A stretch of 64,000 nucleotides of DNA from Acidobacteriota bacterium. GTDB taxonomy: Bacteria > Acidobacteriota > UBA6911 > RPQK01 > JAJDTT01. The stretch covers positions 832,001 to 896,000 of the forward strand of contig CBDCJH010000002.1 of the NCBI GenBank assembly GCA_965217775.1. The letters are read 5' to 3'. Shown here piece after piece: positions 19,778 through 30,195 of the stretch (positions are counted from its first letter, which is position 1; the number at the start of each line of letters is the position of its first letter). Under the pieces are notes generated by a model. That model saw only the letters and a program-made list of their open reading frames with translations. It ran no database searches and was not told the origin of the DNA. A program made the position numbers and the translations under genes.

Positions 19778-21316
19778 ATGTCTCAGCAGAAGTTGTCTTC
19801 CACGGGTCGTTCCATCGTCTCTGTGGGTTCATTCCTTTTGGTTCTGATGATTGGCCTGTTTCCAGGCGCCTCCTGCGCCGGCCCCGGCGACGAGCCCGCA
19901 TCCAAACCCATCCCGGAAGCCAAGGACCTGGATATCGGGAGCCTGGGCGTGGCGGGTTACGCCAAGCTTCTCTGCTCGTCGGTCTTCGTCTCGAAAATGG
20001 AAGGCGACGTGGCGATCGAACACAGCCGAAGAGTCACACGGGCGTTGGTGCGCCTCCCGGCCCAGGACATGGCGCAGGTCACCGAGTCCATCGACCATGA
20101 CAACCGCCTGGTTCGGGCCACTCTGCGTGGCTCCCTCACGCGGACGGCCAAGCTCTATGGGGACCAGGGTTGCATCATCCATCCCGAGGACCACGACGGC
20201 ATCTATTTCGATCCGGTTCCCGTTCGAACCTCTCTTCCCGATGCGCAAACCCTGCCCTGGCCCATGGGCGATCTCCTGCCGGACGATCCGCTGCCCCCCG
20301 AGGTGGATGAAGAGAAGTTGAAGGCGGCAGTCGAGGTGGCCTTCCAGCCGCCGTCTCGAACCGCCGGCCTGGTAGTGGTCTACAAGGGCCGGCTGGTGGC
20401 GGAGCGCTACGCCGAAGGCGTCACCAAGGACACGCTGATGGAGAGCTGGTCCCAGGGCAAGAGCCTGACCGGGACACTCATCGGCCGCCTCGAACAGGAG
20501 GGTCTGCTGAAGCTGGAGGATCCGGCTCCCGTCCCCGAGTGGCAGGGCCCCGGCGACGAACGGTCCAAGATCACCATCGCCGACCTGATGCGGATGTCCA
20601 GCGGACTCGAATTCACGCTCTACGAGAGGCTGGTGACCAGTCCCGAAGGGCGATCGGAAGTGGGTCCCCAGTACCCGGATCACTACTACCCCTACGTAGG
20701 CGCCATCGATGTCTTTCGCTACGTGGTGAGCCGGCCCCCCCAATTTCCGCCCAACACGGTGGGCCGCTATCGCAACTGCGATCCCCTGACCTTGGGATAC
20801 ATCGTCAAACGGATCGTCCAAGACCAGGGCCAGGAGTATCTGAGCTACCCCCAGCGGGCGCTCTTCGACCAGATCGGGATCCGGCGCATGGTCCTGGACA
20901 CCGACCCCTATGGAAATTTCGTCCTGTCCGGCTACGAGCACGGAACGCCGCGGGACTGGGCCCGGATCGGGCTCCTCTATCTGCAGCGGGGAATGTGGCA
21001 GGGGAAGCGGCTCCTCTCCGAGGAGTTCGTCGACTTCGTGCGAACCCCGGCCCCGGCCTGGAAGAACGAGGAAAACCGGGGCGAGAGCGTGCCCCGGTAC
21101 GGCGGCATGTGGTGGGTCAATACCAAGAGGAACTGGGCAGCGCCGGAGGACGCCTATTACGCGGCCGGGGCCGGTGGACAGAGTACGGTGGTGATTCCGT
21201 CCCGAAACCTGGTTCTGGCCCGGCTCACGGACTATGACGACTCCCTGGAGGCGCACAGCAAGTCCAAGGTCAACCAGGCATTGGAAGGCATCCTGGCCGC
21301 GATCGGCACCGAGTAG
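19778..21316 (+). CDS. Serine hydrolase (beta-lactamase/AmpC-like), probable lipoprotein
   Basis: SWSQGKS (SxxK), YRN, AAGAGGQ; GASC lipobox-like. Confidence 0.88.
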   Translation: MSQQKLSSTGRSIVSVGSFLLVLMIGLFPGASCAGPGDEPASKPIPEAKDLDIGSLGVAGYAKLLCSSVFVSKMEGDVAIEHSRRVTRALVRLPAQDMAQVTESIDHDNRLVRATLRGSLTRTAKLYGDQGCIIHPEDHDGIYFDPVPVRTSLPDAQTLPWPMGDLLPDDPLPPEVDEEKLKAAVEVAFQPPSRTAGLVVVYKGRLVAERYAEGVTKDTLMESWSQGKSLTGTLIGRLEQEGLLKLEDPAPVPEWQGPGDERSKITIADLMRMSSGLEFTLYERLVTSPEGRSEVGPQYPDHYYPYVGAIDVFRYVVSRPPQFPPNTVGRYRNCDPLTLGYIVKRIVQDQGQEYLSYPQRALFDQIGIRRMVLDTDPYGNFVLSGYEHGTPRDWARIGLLYLQRGMWQGKRLLSEEFVDFVRTPAPAWKNEENRGESVPRYGGMWWVNTKRNWAAPEDAYYAAGAGGQSTVVIPSRNLVLARLTDYDDSLEAHSKSKVNQALEGILAAIGTE

Positions 21317-21375
21317 GACCGGTCTCACTCCCTTGCCGTCCGGCAAGATCGAGCGCGTCGACCATTTCGGACCCG

Positions 21376-21645
21376 TCAGGGGTTCGATTCCCGGATCAAC
21401 GCCTCGACGATCCGTTCCAGACAGGAGATGCGGTGCTTCAGATCCGCATGGGACAGCCGGAGCATGGCCTTGACCAGGGAGACTTCCACCGTCATTTCCT
21501 GACGGATGCCCCCGAGGCCTTTTTCCAGGTTCATCTCTCCTTCGGCCACGATCTGGATCTCATCCCGTAAGGCTTCGCCCACGACGTCGAAATGGCGCCG
21601 GGTTTCGGTCAGCTGCTCAACGAAGTTTCGGTAGTTCTGGTCCAT
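21376..21645 (-). CDS. Small coiled-coil hypothetical protein
   Basis: 89 aa, RRHFDVVGEALRDEIQIVAEG heptad-rich. Confidence 0.6.
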   Translation of the reverse strand: MDQNYRNFVEQLTETRRHFDVVGEALRDEIQIVAEGEMNLEKGLGGIRQEMTVEVSLVKAMLRLSHADLKHRISCLERIVEALIRESNP

Positions 21646-21792
21646 AGCCTTTTCCGGTCACGCGGCCTCGGGCGCGAATGTGGGGAGGCGAAGCCGAAGA
21701 TTCCCCGGTGGGAGAGGTGCATCAGTCAACCAAACGACGGGGGGAGCCAAAACGCGAATTTGCTGTTCGGGAGCCGTACCGGGGAAACCGGT

Positions 21793-22833
21793 TCAGACGG
21801 GTAGATTGGGCTCGGCGGTCAGATCCCACGAGTCCTTCTCTCCTGCGGCGAGGCGCCGGTGTCCGGTGGCGGCGATCATGGCCGCGTTGTCGGTGGAGAG
21901 GAGGAGAGAGGGAAAGTAAACGGGAGTTCGATCACGGAAATGGTCCTCCGCCCGGCGGCGGAGTTCGCTGTTGGCCGAGACGCCGCCCGAGATCTGAATG
22001 GACCGCACGTCGTGTTGGTTCCAGGCTTTTTCGAGTCGATCCAGAAGTTGATCCACCACGCACTTCTGGTAACTGGCCACCAGGTCCAACAACTCCTCCG
22101 GCATCCGTTCCGGGTGTTTCGCCGATTCAGGCTCCACGGGTCGAATTCCCTGCAACCGGCAATGACGCAGGGAGGCTGTCTTGATTCCGCTGAAGCTGAA
22201 GTCCAGCTCTCCGGTCTTGATTCTCGGGAGCGAGAACCGCACCGCATTCGGGTTCCCCAGCGGGGCCAGCCGATCGATGACGGGACCCCCGGGATATCCG
22301 AGGCCCAGCGCCTTGGAGAGCTTGTCCAGGGCTTCGCCGGCGGCGTCGTCGCGGGTACGGGAGATTTCCCGACAGGAAGTCTCGTTCTCCAGACAGAAAA
22401 GGCTCGTATGCCCACCCGACACCACCAGGGCCAGGGCCGGAAGCTCCGCCTCCGGATGCTCCAAGGGGACAGATCGCATGTGCGCCTCAAGGTGGTTGAC
22501 CCCCACCAGGGGGATCTCCAGCGCGAAGGCCAGGGCCTTGGCGTAGGCCATTCCGACGAGTAACGCCCCCACCAGACCCGGGCCCCGGGTCACGGCGATG
22601 CCATCCACGCGGTCCCAGGCCGACTTGCCGTTCCAGGCCTGTTCCAGACAGAGATCTACGACATGGTTGATGTTGGACGCGTGTTCGCGGCTGGCCAACT
22701 CCGGGACCACGCCCCCGTAGACGGAGTGGACGTCCACTTGGGAGGCCACCACGTTGGAAAGGATCCGTCGTCCGTCTTCGACCAGGGCCGCCGCGGTCTC
22801 GTCGCAACTGGTCTCAATCCCCAGAACGATCAT
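21793..22833 (-). CDS. tsaD: tRNA N6-adenosine threonylcarbamoyltransferase
   Basis: [44 protein letters not shown]. Confidence 0.97.
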   Translation of the reverse strand: MIVLGIETSCDETAAALVEDGRRILSNVVASQVDVHSVYGGVVPELASREHASNINHVVDLCLEQAWNGKSAWDRVDGIAVTRGPGLVGALLVGMAYAKALAFALEIPLVGVNHLEAHMRSVPLEHPEAELPALALVVSGGHTSLFCLENETSCREISRTRDDAAGEALDKLSKALGLGYPGGPVIDRLAPLGNPNAVRFSLPRIKTGELDFSFSGIKTASLRHCRLQGIRPVEPESAKHPERMPEELLDLVASYQKCVVDQLLDRLEKAWNQHDVRSIQISGGVSANSELRRRAEDHFRDRTPVYFPSLLLSTDNAAMIAATGHRRLAAGEKDSWDLTAEPNLPV

Positions 22834-23872
22834 CGGCAGCCTTCCGGTAGAGGTCGGCCAACGCCTCGACGTAAGGCGGACGGGCCACGCCCTCCTCGGT
22901 GATGATGCCGTCGACCAGGCGGTTGGGCGTCACGTCGAAGGCGGGATTGGCGACCTGGACGGTCTCGGGAGCCAGGTTCTGTCCGGCCATCCGGGTGATC
23001 TCGGCCACGTCCCGCTCCTCGATGGGGATCTGGGCGCCTGTGGGTGTGCCCATATCGATGGTGGAGAGAGGGGCGGCCACATAGAAGGGAATCCCATGCT
23101 CCCTGGCCAGCACCGCGACGCTGTAGGTGCCGATCTTGTTGGCGGTGTCGCCGTTGGCGGCGATCCGGTCGGCGCCCACCACCACGGCCTGGATTCTTCC
23201 CGCCTGCATGAAGTAGCCCGCCATGTTGTCGGTGATGAGGGTGCAGGGAATGTCTTCCCGGACCATCTCCCAGGAAGTCAGGCGGGCCCCTTGGAGAAAA
23301 GGCCGGGTCTCGTCGGCGAAGACCTGGATGCCCTTACCCGCCTCGACCGCCGCGCGGATGACCCCCAGTGCCGTGCCGTATCCGGCCGTGGCCAGCGCAC
23401 CGGCATTGCAGTGGGTCAGCACGGTCGAGCCTTGTGAAAGCAACTGCTGTCCGTGCCGGCCGATTCGCCGGTTGATCTCGATGTCCTCCCGGTGCATCTC
23501 CCGGGCTTCCCTCGCCAAGGCATCCTGAACCTCGGCCAGGGAACCGCTGTGGGCCCGGAACAGCCGGTCCATCCGTTCGATGGCCCAGAACAGGTTCCTG
23601 GCGGTGGGCCGGGTCACCCGGATGGTCTCGCAGATGTTCTGCCATTCCGATTCCAGGTCCTGCTCGGACGTCAAGTTCTTCACCCCCAGCGCCAGGCCCA
23701 TGGCGGTGGCCACGCCGATGGCCGGGGCTCCCCGGATCACCATGCTCCGGATGGCCTCGGCCACTCCTTCCACGGTGGTGTAGGTGTTGTAGATCTCCTG
23801 GGTCGGAAGCAGGCGCTGGTCGATCATGACCACGCCCTCGTCGGTCCACTCGATTGTGCGAATCATGGGCAC
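22814..23872 (-). CDS. mtnA: S-methyl-5-thioribose-1-phosphate isomerase
   Basis: [44 protein letters not shown]. Confidence 0.96.
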   Translation of the reverse strand: MPMIRTIEWTDEGVVMIDQRLLPTQEIYNTYTTVEGVAEAIRSMVIRGAPAIGVATAMGLALGVKNLTSEQDLESEWQNICETIRVTRPTARNLFWAIERMDRLFRAHSGSLAEVQDALAREAREMHREDIEINRRIGRHGQQLLSQGSTVLTHCNAGALATAGYGTALGVIRAAVEAGKGIQVFADETRPFLQGARLTSWEMVREDIPCTLITDNMAGYFMQAGRIQAVVVGADRIAANGDTANKIGTYSVAVLAREHGIPFYVAAPLSTIDMGTPTGAQIPIEERDVAEITRMAGQNLAPETVQVANPAFDVTPNRLVDGIITEEGVARPPYVEALADLYRKAADDRSGD

Positions 23873-24173
23873 AACTTACACCAAGCCCCCGAAATCGGGC
23901 AACGACCCCAACGCTTCTTGCCCAAACCTGCGCCTAATCTTCACTCTCACTCCTCACTCCTCCTCCCTGTTGCCTCAAAATAAACAGTGGAGTTGACCCG
24001 CTTTCGTGGATCCCTCCTTACTCCACACCTAGTCCGCCCGGCATCGGGTATTCGACGGCAATCCCCGCGTCGACGAGACGTTGGACAAAACGATGGGCGA
24101 CTCGCGGTCGGCCGGATGACGGATCGGCGATTCGCGGTCGGGTGGCCAGACTTGTTCGCCCGACGCGCTAACT

Positions 24174-24911
24174 TCAGACTCCGCTTCGTCGGCTGACGCG
24201 ATTGAGCCGGTGCTCGAAGTACCGGCGGAACACTTCGTTCTCGGGATACGCCGCCGGATCGGCCCAGATCGCCCCAAGACGGCCCACCAATCCGGCAATC
24301 CAATCCGCTGCCTGGAGTGTCTGATAGCGGTGGCTTTCCAGATGGAACGGAGGCTCGATGAGATGCCGCCGGCGTTCCGTCCTCGCATACATGCTCCGCG
24401 CTGCCCCGGTGATCAGGGCAGATCGTTGATCGTGTTCATCGAGAATCAGGACGAAATTCCCGAGCGGATCACAATCCTCTTCGCAGAATCCGTCAATCCG
24501 CTTGATCGCCTCAAGAAATACCCGTGTGTAGAGCCTGTTCGAATTGTGCGCCCTCGGCGCCGCAGTCTTCTTGAGCCCGACATAGAAGACGAATCCGCCG
24601 AGCGCTTCGATCTTGTTGAACAGCCGGTTGGTGAACTTCCTGAGTTCTGCGTACCACGTCACGTTCGTGACAGTGTAGAGGCTCGCCCCCTTCTTTTCCC
24701 ATAGGGCCGGATGTTTACCCGACCGTTCGATCTCAAATACGAGAAGCTCGCACTTGCGTTGGAAGAACCAGGTTCCGAACCCACGCACCACTTCGGAAGC
24801 GAGGACGAAGCCCGCCAAGCCAAACACCGGGCTGTCCTTGTATCTGCAGTCTCGCCTGCTGACATAGGGGCCGATATGTCCGAATTCATCAAAGTAGGCG
24901 AAGTACGTCAC
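24174..24911 (-). CDS. DUF3800-family protein (predicted RNase H-like fold)
   Basis: YFDEFGH at the N-terminus, QAADWIAG at the C-terminus; GTG start at 24911. Confidence 0.75.
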   Translation of the reverse strand: MTYFAYFDEFGHIGPYVSRRDCRYKDSPVFGLAGFVLASEVVRGFGTWFFQRKCELLVFEIERSGKHPALWEKKGASLYTVTNVTWYAELRKFTNRLFNKIEALGGFVFYVGLKKTAAPRAHNSNRLYTRVFLEAIKRIDGFCEEDCDPLGNFVLILDEHDQRSALITGAARSMYARTERRRHLIEPPFHLESHRYQTLQAADWIAGLVGRLGAIWADPAAYPENEVFRRYFEHRLNRVSRRSGV

Positions 24912-25009
24912 CGATGGCGTCTCCGGAAACACGAAAGCCCGCGCCGGAGCACGGGCCTCGGAAAGAGAGCAAGACAAGCTTGCATCTCATGAGCAACTAT
25001 ACCTCCTCA

Positions 25010-25169
25010 ACAGCCCGTGGCAAAAGTCATCACGGCATTCGACCGTCCCTGCATCCCGGCGGACGGCGTTGCGATTCGGGCACATACTCCCGGTATGCAC
25101 CCGAATCGCGCCTTGTCCGGCGGGCGCAGGAACGGTCTCGGTGCTCGCGGGACTTTCACCACGGACTGT
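25010..25169 (+). mobile_element. MITE-like element (160 bp)
   Basis: 19-bp imperfect TIR ACAGCCCGTGGCAAAAGTC / GACTTTCACCACGGACTGT (16/19). Internal hairpin GCGATTCGGG..CCCGAATCGC. Second copy at 12595-12727. Confidence 0.8.
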
Positions 25170-25410
25170 CAAAGATGACCTGTCGAGAATGGTGGGAAGC
25201 GGACCCTTTTCCAGGAATTTCTCGACCGATTTGGACCAGTGACTTCCTGAGCAAGGTCCAGCGAGTGCCGCGACCAGCTTTCGAGGCAACGAATCCGTTT
25301 CAGGCCCTTTTTTTGGGAGTCAATTCCTCCTCTTGTGGAGTCCGAAGTCGAAGCGCAGAATGTTAGCGGTTCGTTGAACGGCGCGGACGGGCGCCGGTGA
25401 GGGTGCGGTA

Positions 25411-27483
25411 ATGACCATGATTCGGTCTTGGCTTCTGATCGTCAGTCTTTCGGTATGGGTTGTTCTGTTCTTTCCCGTGCGGCTTTTGGCCGGGGAACTT
25501 GAGCGATTCGAGCCGCAGGATGTCTTCGAGCTGGAATGGGCTTCCGATCCGCGTTTCACGCCGGACGGCGGGCGCGTGATCTACATGCGCAATTCCATGG
25601 ACGTGATGACGGACCGGCGCCGGAGCAGCGTCTGGACCATCGATCTGGACGGAAGCCGGCATCGCCCGCTTCTCTCCGGTGGGGCCCGATACTCCTCTCC
25701 CCGACTCTCGTCCGAGGGGAGGCGGCTCCTGTACATCTCCGACGCCGAAGGGAGTCCACAGCTCTATGTGATGTGGATGGACACGCGTCAGACGGCGCGG
25801 CTGACCCACCTGACGCGGGCGCCTTCGAACCCGGCCTGGTCCCCGGATGGGAAGTGGATCGCCTTCACCCAGTTCGTGCCCGGGAACCGGCAGCCGATGG
25901 TGCAGCTGCCGTCCCCGCCCGAAGGCGCCAAATGGGCTCCTCGGCCCCGGGAGATCCGGAGCGTTCAGTATCGCCGGGACGGCCAGGGATTGCTGGAGGA
26001 AGGGCAGGTCCAGCTCTTTCTCTTGGATGAAGACGGGGGCACGCCGCGGCAGCTCACCCGGGGGGAATACAATTCGGGCCCGCCGGTCTGGCTGCCTGAG
26101 AGCACCGGGATCCTGATCAGCTCCAATCGGTCCCCGAACTGGGAGTATGAACCCCGGGAGTCGGAGATTCACGAGGTGTCCCTGACGGGCGAAATCAGGA
26201 CCTTGACCGACCGCCAGGGACCGGACTCGGACCCGGCCGTTTCTCCGGATGGAAAAACCATCGCCTACACCGGGTATGACGACCTGGGATTGAGCTACGC
26301 CAACCGGGTTCTCTACGTCATGGATCGAGAGGGAGGCAATCGCCGGGCTCTGACTCAAGGCCTGGACCGTTCCGTCTCCAGTCCCCAATGGCATCCCGGC
26401 GGCGAGGGCATTTACGTCCTTTACGGCGACGAGGGCACGACTCGGGTGGCTCTGGTCGGCCTCGGCGGCGAGATCAAACCTGTGGTCACCGACGCGGGCG
26501 GCCTCTCCCTGGGGCGCCCGTACGGGGCGGGTGCCTATCGGGCAGCACGGGAAGGCGTCGTCTACACGGCCGCATCGACCCAAAGACCTCCTGACGTGGG
26601 TTTCGCTCCGGCCGGCGGCAAGGCCCGTCGTCTGACCCGTCTGAACGAGGACCTGCTGGCCCACAAGGCGCTTGGCCCGGTGGAGCCGGTCACCTATTCG
26701 TCCACGGCGGATGGCCGTCCCATCGACGGCTGGATCGTCAAGCCTCCTGATTTCGATCCATCTCGGAAGTATCCCCTGGTCCTGGAGATCCACGGAGGTC
26801 CCTACGCCTATTACGGACCCTATTTCAGTATCGAGCTTCAACTGATGGCCTCGGCGGGCTATGTCGTGCTCTACACGAATCCCCGGGGCAGCACCGGCTA
26901 CGGCGCCGATTTCGCCAACCTCATCCACCAGAACTATCCGAGCCAGGACTACGACGATCTGATCGCGGGTGTGGACCACGTGCTGGAGCAGGGCTATGTG
27001 GATCCGGACAACCTCTTCGTCACCGGAGGTTCGGGGGGAGGGATCCTAACGGCTTGGATCGTAGGCAAGACAGACCGTTTTCGGGCGGCAGTGGCGTCGA
27101 AGCCGGTCATCAACTGGATCAGCATCAGCGGCACCAGCGACATCTACGTCACCTTCAGCAAGTATTGGATGCCGGGCCCGGTCTGGGAGGACTACGAGAC
27201 GTACTGGAAGTACTCACCGCTCTCGCTGGTGGGAAACGTCACGACACCCACCATGCTGCTCACCGGAGAGTCGGACCTGCGGACGCCCATCTCGGAGACG
27301 GAGCAGTATTATCAAGCCCTCAAACTGCGCAAGGTGGACACGGCCATGGTGCGGATTCCCGGGGCGTCCCACGGCATCGCCCAGCGTCCCAGCCATCTGG
27401 TCGCCAAGGTCAGCTATATCCTGGCCTGGTTCGAGAAATACCGCGTCGATGCCGGAGAGGGTCGGGGAGGAAACAGCCCGTGA
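25411..27483 (+). CDS. S9 family (prolyl oligopeptidase/acylaminoacyl) peptidase, exported
   Basis: Signal peptide, WD40/PD40 repeats, IHGGP, GGSGGG nucleophile, DLRTP, ASHG. Confidence 0.92.
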   Translation: MTMIRSWLLIVSLSVWVVLFFPVRLLAGELERFEPQDVFELEWASDPRFTPDGGRVIYMRNSMDVMTDRRRSSVWTIDLDGSRHRPLLSGGARYSSPRLSSEGRRLLYISDAEGSPQLYVMWMDTRQTARLTHLTRAPSNPAWSPDGKWIAFTQFVPGNRQPMVQLPSPPEGAKWAPRPREIRSVQYRRDGQGLLEEGQVQLFLLDEDGGTPRQLTRGEYNSGPPVWLPESTGILISSNRSPNWEYEPRESEIHEVSLTGEIRTLTDRQGPDSDPAVSPDGKTIAYTGYDDLGLSYANRVLYVMDREGGNRRALTQGLDRSVSSPQWHPGGEGIYVLYGDEGTTRVALVGLGGEIKPVVTDAGGLSLGRPYGAGAYRAAREGVVYTAASTQRPPDVGFAPAGGKARRLTRLNEDLLAHKALGPVEPVTYSSTADGRPIDGWIVKPPDFDPSRKYPLVLEIHGGPYAYYGPYFSIELQLMASAGYVVLYTNPRGSTGYGADFANLIHQNYPSQDYDDLIAGVDHVLEQGYVDPDNLFVTGGSGGGILTAWIVGKTDRFRAAVASKPVINWISISGTSDIYVTFSKYWMPGPVWEDYETYWKYSPLSLVGNVTTPTMLLTGESDLRTPISETEQYYQALKLRKVDTAMVRIPGASHGIAQRPSHLVAKVSYILAWFEKYRVDAGEGRGGNSP

Positions 27484-27502
27484 TGGAGGAGCAGTTCAGA
27501 AC

Positions 27503-28459
27503 ATGAAAGTCGTCATCGCCCACAGGATTGGACCAGGATTCGTCGAGGAACTGCGGGAAAGCTTCCCGGAGGTCGAGTTTCGAACCGCCTATACGCCGGA
27601 GGAGCAGTTGCGGGAGGCCCCCGATGCCGAAGTCCAGTTCGGCCTGATCACGGAGGAAGTTCTCAAGGCGGCCCGCAAGCTCCGCTGGTTTCACTTCGTG
27701 GGGATCGGTTTTGACCACGTTCTCAATAACGCCCCGGGACTCGTCGAGAGCGACGTGGTCATGACCAACGCCCGGGAGACCCACGTCATCGCCATGGCGG
27801 ACCATGCCCTGGCCATGGTCCTGGCCTTCGCCCACTGCGTCCCCGAGTTGCTGGAGGACCAGCGGGCGCGAAACTGGGACACCAACAAATATTTCGGCCG
27901 GATGACCGAGCTGGCCGGCACCACCATGGGGGTCCTGGCCATGGGGGACATCGGAAAGGCCGTGGCCAAGCGGGCCGCCGGTTTCGACATGGAGGTCTAC
28001 GGCGTCGATGTCATGCAGATGGATCCTCCGCCCGGGGTGCGGGAGGTGTGGGGTCCCGACCGCCTGGACGACATGCTGGCCATCAGCGACTGGTTCGTGG
28101 TGACGGCGCCGCTGGTCGACTCCACGCGCGGGCTGATCGACGCGGGCCGCCTGGCTCGTCTGAAGCGGGGCGCCCACCTGGTCTTGGTTTCCCGTGGGGG
28201 GATCGTCGACGAAGACGCCCTGGCCGAGGCGATTCGCTCGGGACACCTGGGCGGCGCCGCGTTGGACGCCACCGAACCTGAGCCGCCGGCCCCGGAGAGT
28301 CCGCTCTGGGACCTGCCCAATGTGATCATCTCGCCCCATGTCTCCGCCGACTCCCCCCAGATGTGGCAGCGCCGCCGGGAGATCTTCAAGGATAATCTGA
28401 GGCGCTACCTGGCCGGAGAACCGCTCCGGTTCGTCTGCGACAAGGCGAGGGGATTTTGA
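27503..28459 (+). CDS. D-2-hydroxyacid dehydrogenase family protein
   Basis: AMGDIG, SRG, LDA..PEP, ISPH. Confidence 0.9.
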   Translation: MKVVIAHRIGPGFVEELRESFPEVEFRTAYTPEEQLREAPDAEVQFGLITEEVLKAARKLRWFHFVGIGFDHVLNNAPGLVESDVVMTNARETHVIAMADHALAMVLAFAHCVPELLEDQRARNWDTNKYFGRMTELAGTTMGVLAMGDIGKAVAKRAAGFDMEVYGVDVMQMDPPPGVREVWGPDRLDDMLAISDWFVVTAPLVDSTRGLIDAGRLARLKRGAHLVLVSRGGIVDEDALAEAIRSGHLGGAALDATEPEPPAPESPLWDLPNVIISPHVSADSPQMWQRRREIFKDNLRRYLAGEPLRFVCDKARGF

Positions 28460-28502
28460 AGAGGGCGGGGAACGGGCATATCAATATCGAGAGACAGGCC
28501 GC

Positions 28503-29744
28503 ATGAAGTTGACGGAGGAACAGAAGGCCGTTCTCGAAGGAGAGCGTGGAAAACTTCTGTCCCGGTATCTCGAATGGTCGATCCTTTGGGGAGAGGCGCT
28601 GGGCGCCACCCGCCTGGTGCCCGTGACCAACGTCCACTGCATCCTGCGGACGCCTTGCCTGAAGGGAATCTCGGAGCGGACGCTGGACACCTACCTGGAC
28701 GAGTTCCGGGAGCTGTGCAGCCACCAAGTCGAGTGCATCACCCTCACCCACGCCAACTGCACCGACCTGGCCGCCCTGCGGGAGAAGGGGCTGACGGAGA
28801 AGGAGTTGAACTTCCAGCAGGAGTTGCACGCCATGGCCGCCCGCGCCGGCGTGCGGACCACCTGGTCCTGTGCTCCGTACCAGGTCGGAGCGGTTCCCAA
28901 GTTCGGCGAGATCTGCGCCTGGACCGAGTCTTCGGCCGTGGTCTATTCCAATTCCATGATGGGAGCCCGTACCAACCGCAACGGCATGGAGAGTTCGCTG
29001 GCCGCGGCTTTCCTAGGTTGGGTACCCGAATTCGGCGCCCTCCTGGACCAATATCGCAAGGCGGCGGTGCGCGTGGAGCTCCAGGTGGATATGAAGTCCG
29101 TCAGCGACTGGGGCGCTCTCGGGTACTACGTGGGGGAGAAAGCCGGCTCGCGAATTCCGGTGTTCGAGGGGATCGGGGAGATCGCGCCCGCCGAGGCGAA
29201 GCAGCTCTCCGCCTCGCTGCCTTACGCCGGACGCGGAACCACCATGTTCCACATCGCCGGTTTGACTCCCGAGGCCGCCACGGTGGAAGATGCGCTGGAC
29301 CCGCACCAGCCCGTCGAATCGCTGACCTTCGACCGGGACGACCTCCGGACCACGTACGGGAAGATGAACCGGATGGAAAAGGGGGAGCCCATCGACACGG
29401 TAGCTCTGGGTTGTCCCTTCAGTTCCCTGGACGAACTCCGGGGAATCTCCCGGGTGTTGGCCCGCCAGCACGTGGCTCCGGGAGTAAAGCTGATCGTCTG
29501 CACCTCCCGGCACACGCTGGTCGACGCCCGGCGGCTGGGCTACGCGGGAGTGATCGAGGAGGCGGGAGGACACATCCTCTCGGACATCTGTCCCGGCGCC
29601 CTGGGGCATGCGCGCCCCCGCAACTACGTCTCCAACTCCTTCAAGCAGGCGTTCTACGGCCGCAGCACCCTGGCCTCCCGCACCGGGGTCCTGCCCCTGG
29701 AAGGTTGTGTCGCGGCGGCCGTCAGCGGGAGGTGGGCCGGTTGA
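28503..29744 (+). CDS. Aconitase X catalytic subunit (DUF521)
   Basis: SCAPY, AWTESSAVVYSNS..GARTNR, GCP, DICP. Confidence 0.88.
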   Translation: MKLTEEQKAVLEGERGKLLSRYLEWSILWGEALGATRLVPVTNVHCILRTPCLKGISERTLDTYLDEFRELCSHQVECITLTHANCTDLAALREKGLTEKELNFQQELHAMAARAGVRTTWSCAPYQVGAVPKFGEICAWTESSAVVYSNSMMGARTNRNGMESSLAAAFLGWVPEFGALLDQYRKAAVRVELQVDMKSVSDWGALGYYVGEKAGSRIPVFEGIGEIAPAEAKQLSASLPYAGRGTTMFHIAGLTPEAATVEDALDPHQPVESLTFDRDDLRTTYGKMNRMEKGEPIDTVALGCPFSSLDELRGISRVLARQHVAPGVKLIVCTSRHTLVDARRLGYAGVIEEAGGHILSDICPGALGHARPRNYVSNSFKQAFYGRSTLASRTGVLPLEGCVAAAVSGRWAG

Positions 29745-30163
29745 AGGAGAAGAGGGTCATTCGAGGAAGGAAGATCGTGCCCGGAAATTCCTCGGGGAAA
29801 GCCATGGTGAGTGAAACCCCCCTTTGCTTCCGGTCGGAATTCGATCCGGCCAGCGGGAAGGTGATCGACGTTCAGCATCCGCTCTACGACCGGAACCTGT
29901 CGGGAAGGGTGCTGGTCATGCCTTCGGGCACCGGCTCGTCCGGCAACACCATGCACGTCCGGGTCGCCGGCATGGAGGGAACGGCGCCGGCTGCCCTCAT
30001 CAACCTGGAGGCGGACCCGCCCTCCATCTTGGGTTGTGTCATCGCCCGGATCCCGGTGATCCAGGTCGAAGCCGCAGATCTGAATTGGATCGAGGACGGA
30101 GACTGGGTGGAGGTCGATTCCGACGGCGGAACCGTCCGCGTATTCGATAATCATTGTCTGTAA
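29741..30163 (+). CDS. Aconitase X swivel subunit (DUF126)
   Basis: TTG start overlapping the upstream stop; GKVIDVQHPL..GRVLVMPSGTGSS, APAAL. It is the C-terminal part of ORF 28574-30163. Confidence 0.85.
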   Translation: MKEKRVIRGRKIVPGNSSGKAMVSETPLCFRSEFDPASGKVIDVQHPLYDRNLSGRVLVMPSGTGSSGNTMHVRVAGMEGTAPAALINLEADPPSILGCVIARIPVIQVEAADLNWIEDGDWVEVDSDGGTVRVFDNHCL

Positions 30164-30195
30164 ACGGTCGAACCGATTCGGGAAGGAAACGACTC

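Noticed and set aside
23987-25330. Possible composite IS3-like element around DUF3800 (GGAGTTGACCC vs inverted GGAATTGACTCC near 25316-25327)
   Set aside because: End similarity is weak, with no transposase or TSD; kept only as a possible scar.
28574-29740. 529-aa ORF suggesting a large fusion
   Set aside because: Only the part from TTG 29741 is a DUF126 protein; the rest is an off-frame overlap with the AcnX large subunit.
29741-29752. 12-nt match (TTGAAGGAGAAG) between the seed of spacer 39062-39031 and the AcnX small-subunit start
   Set aside because: Flank is CGG, not an I-E PAM; the match stops at 12 nt and is plausible by chance for 20 spacers over 64 kb. No full self-targeting spacer was seen, but the check was by eye only.
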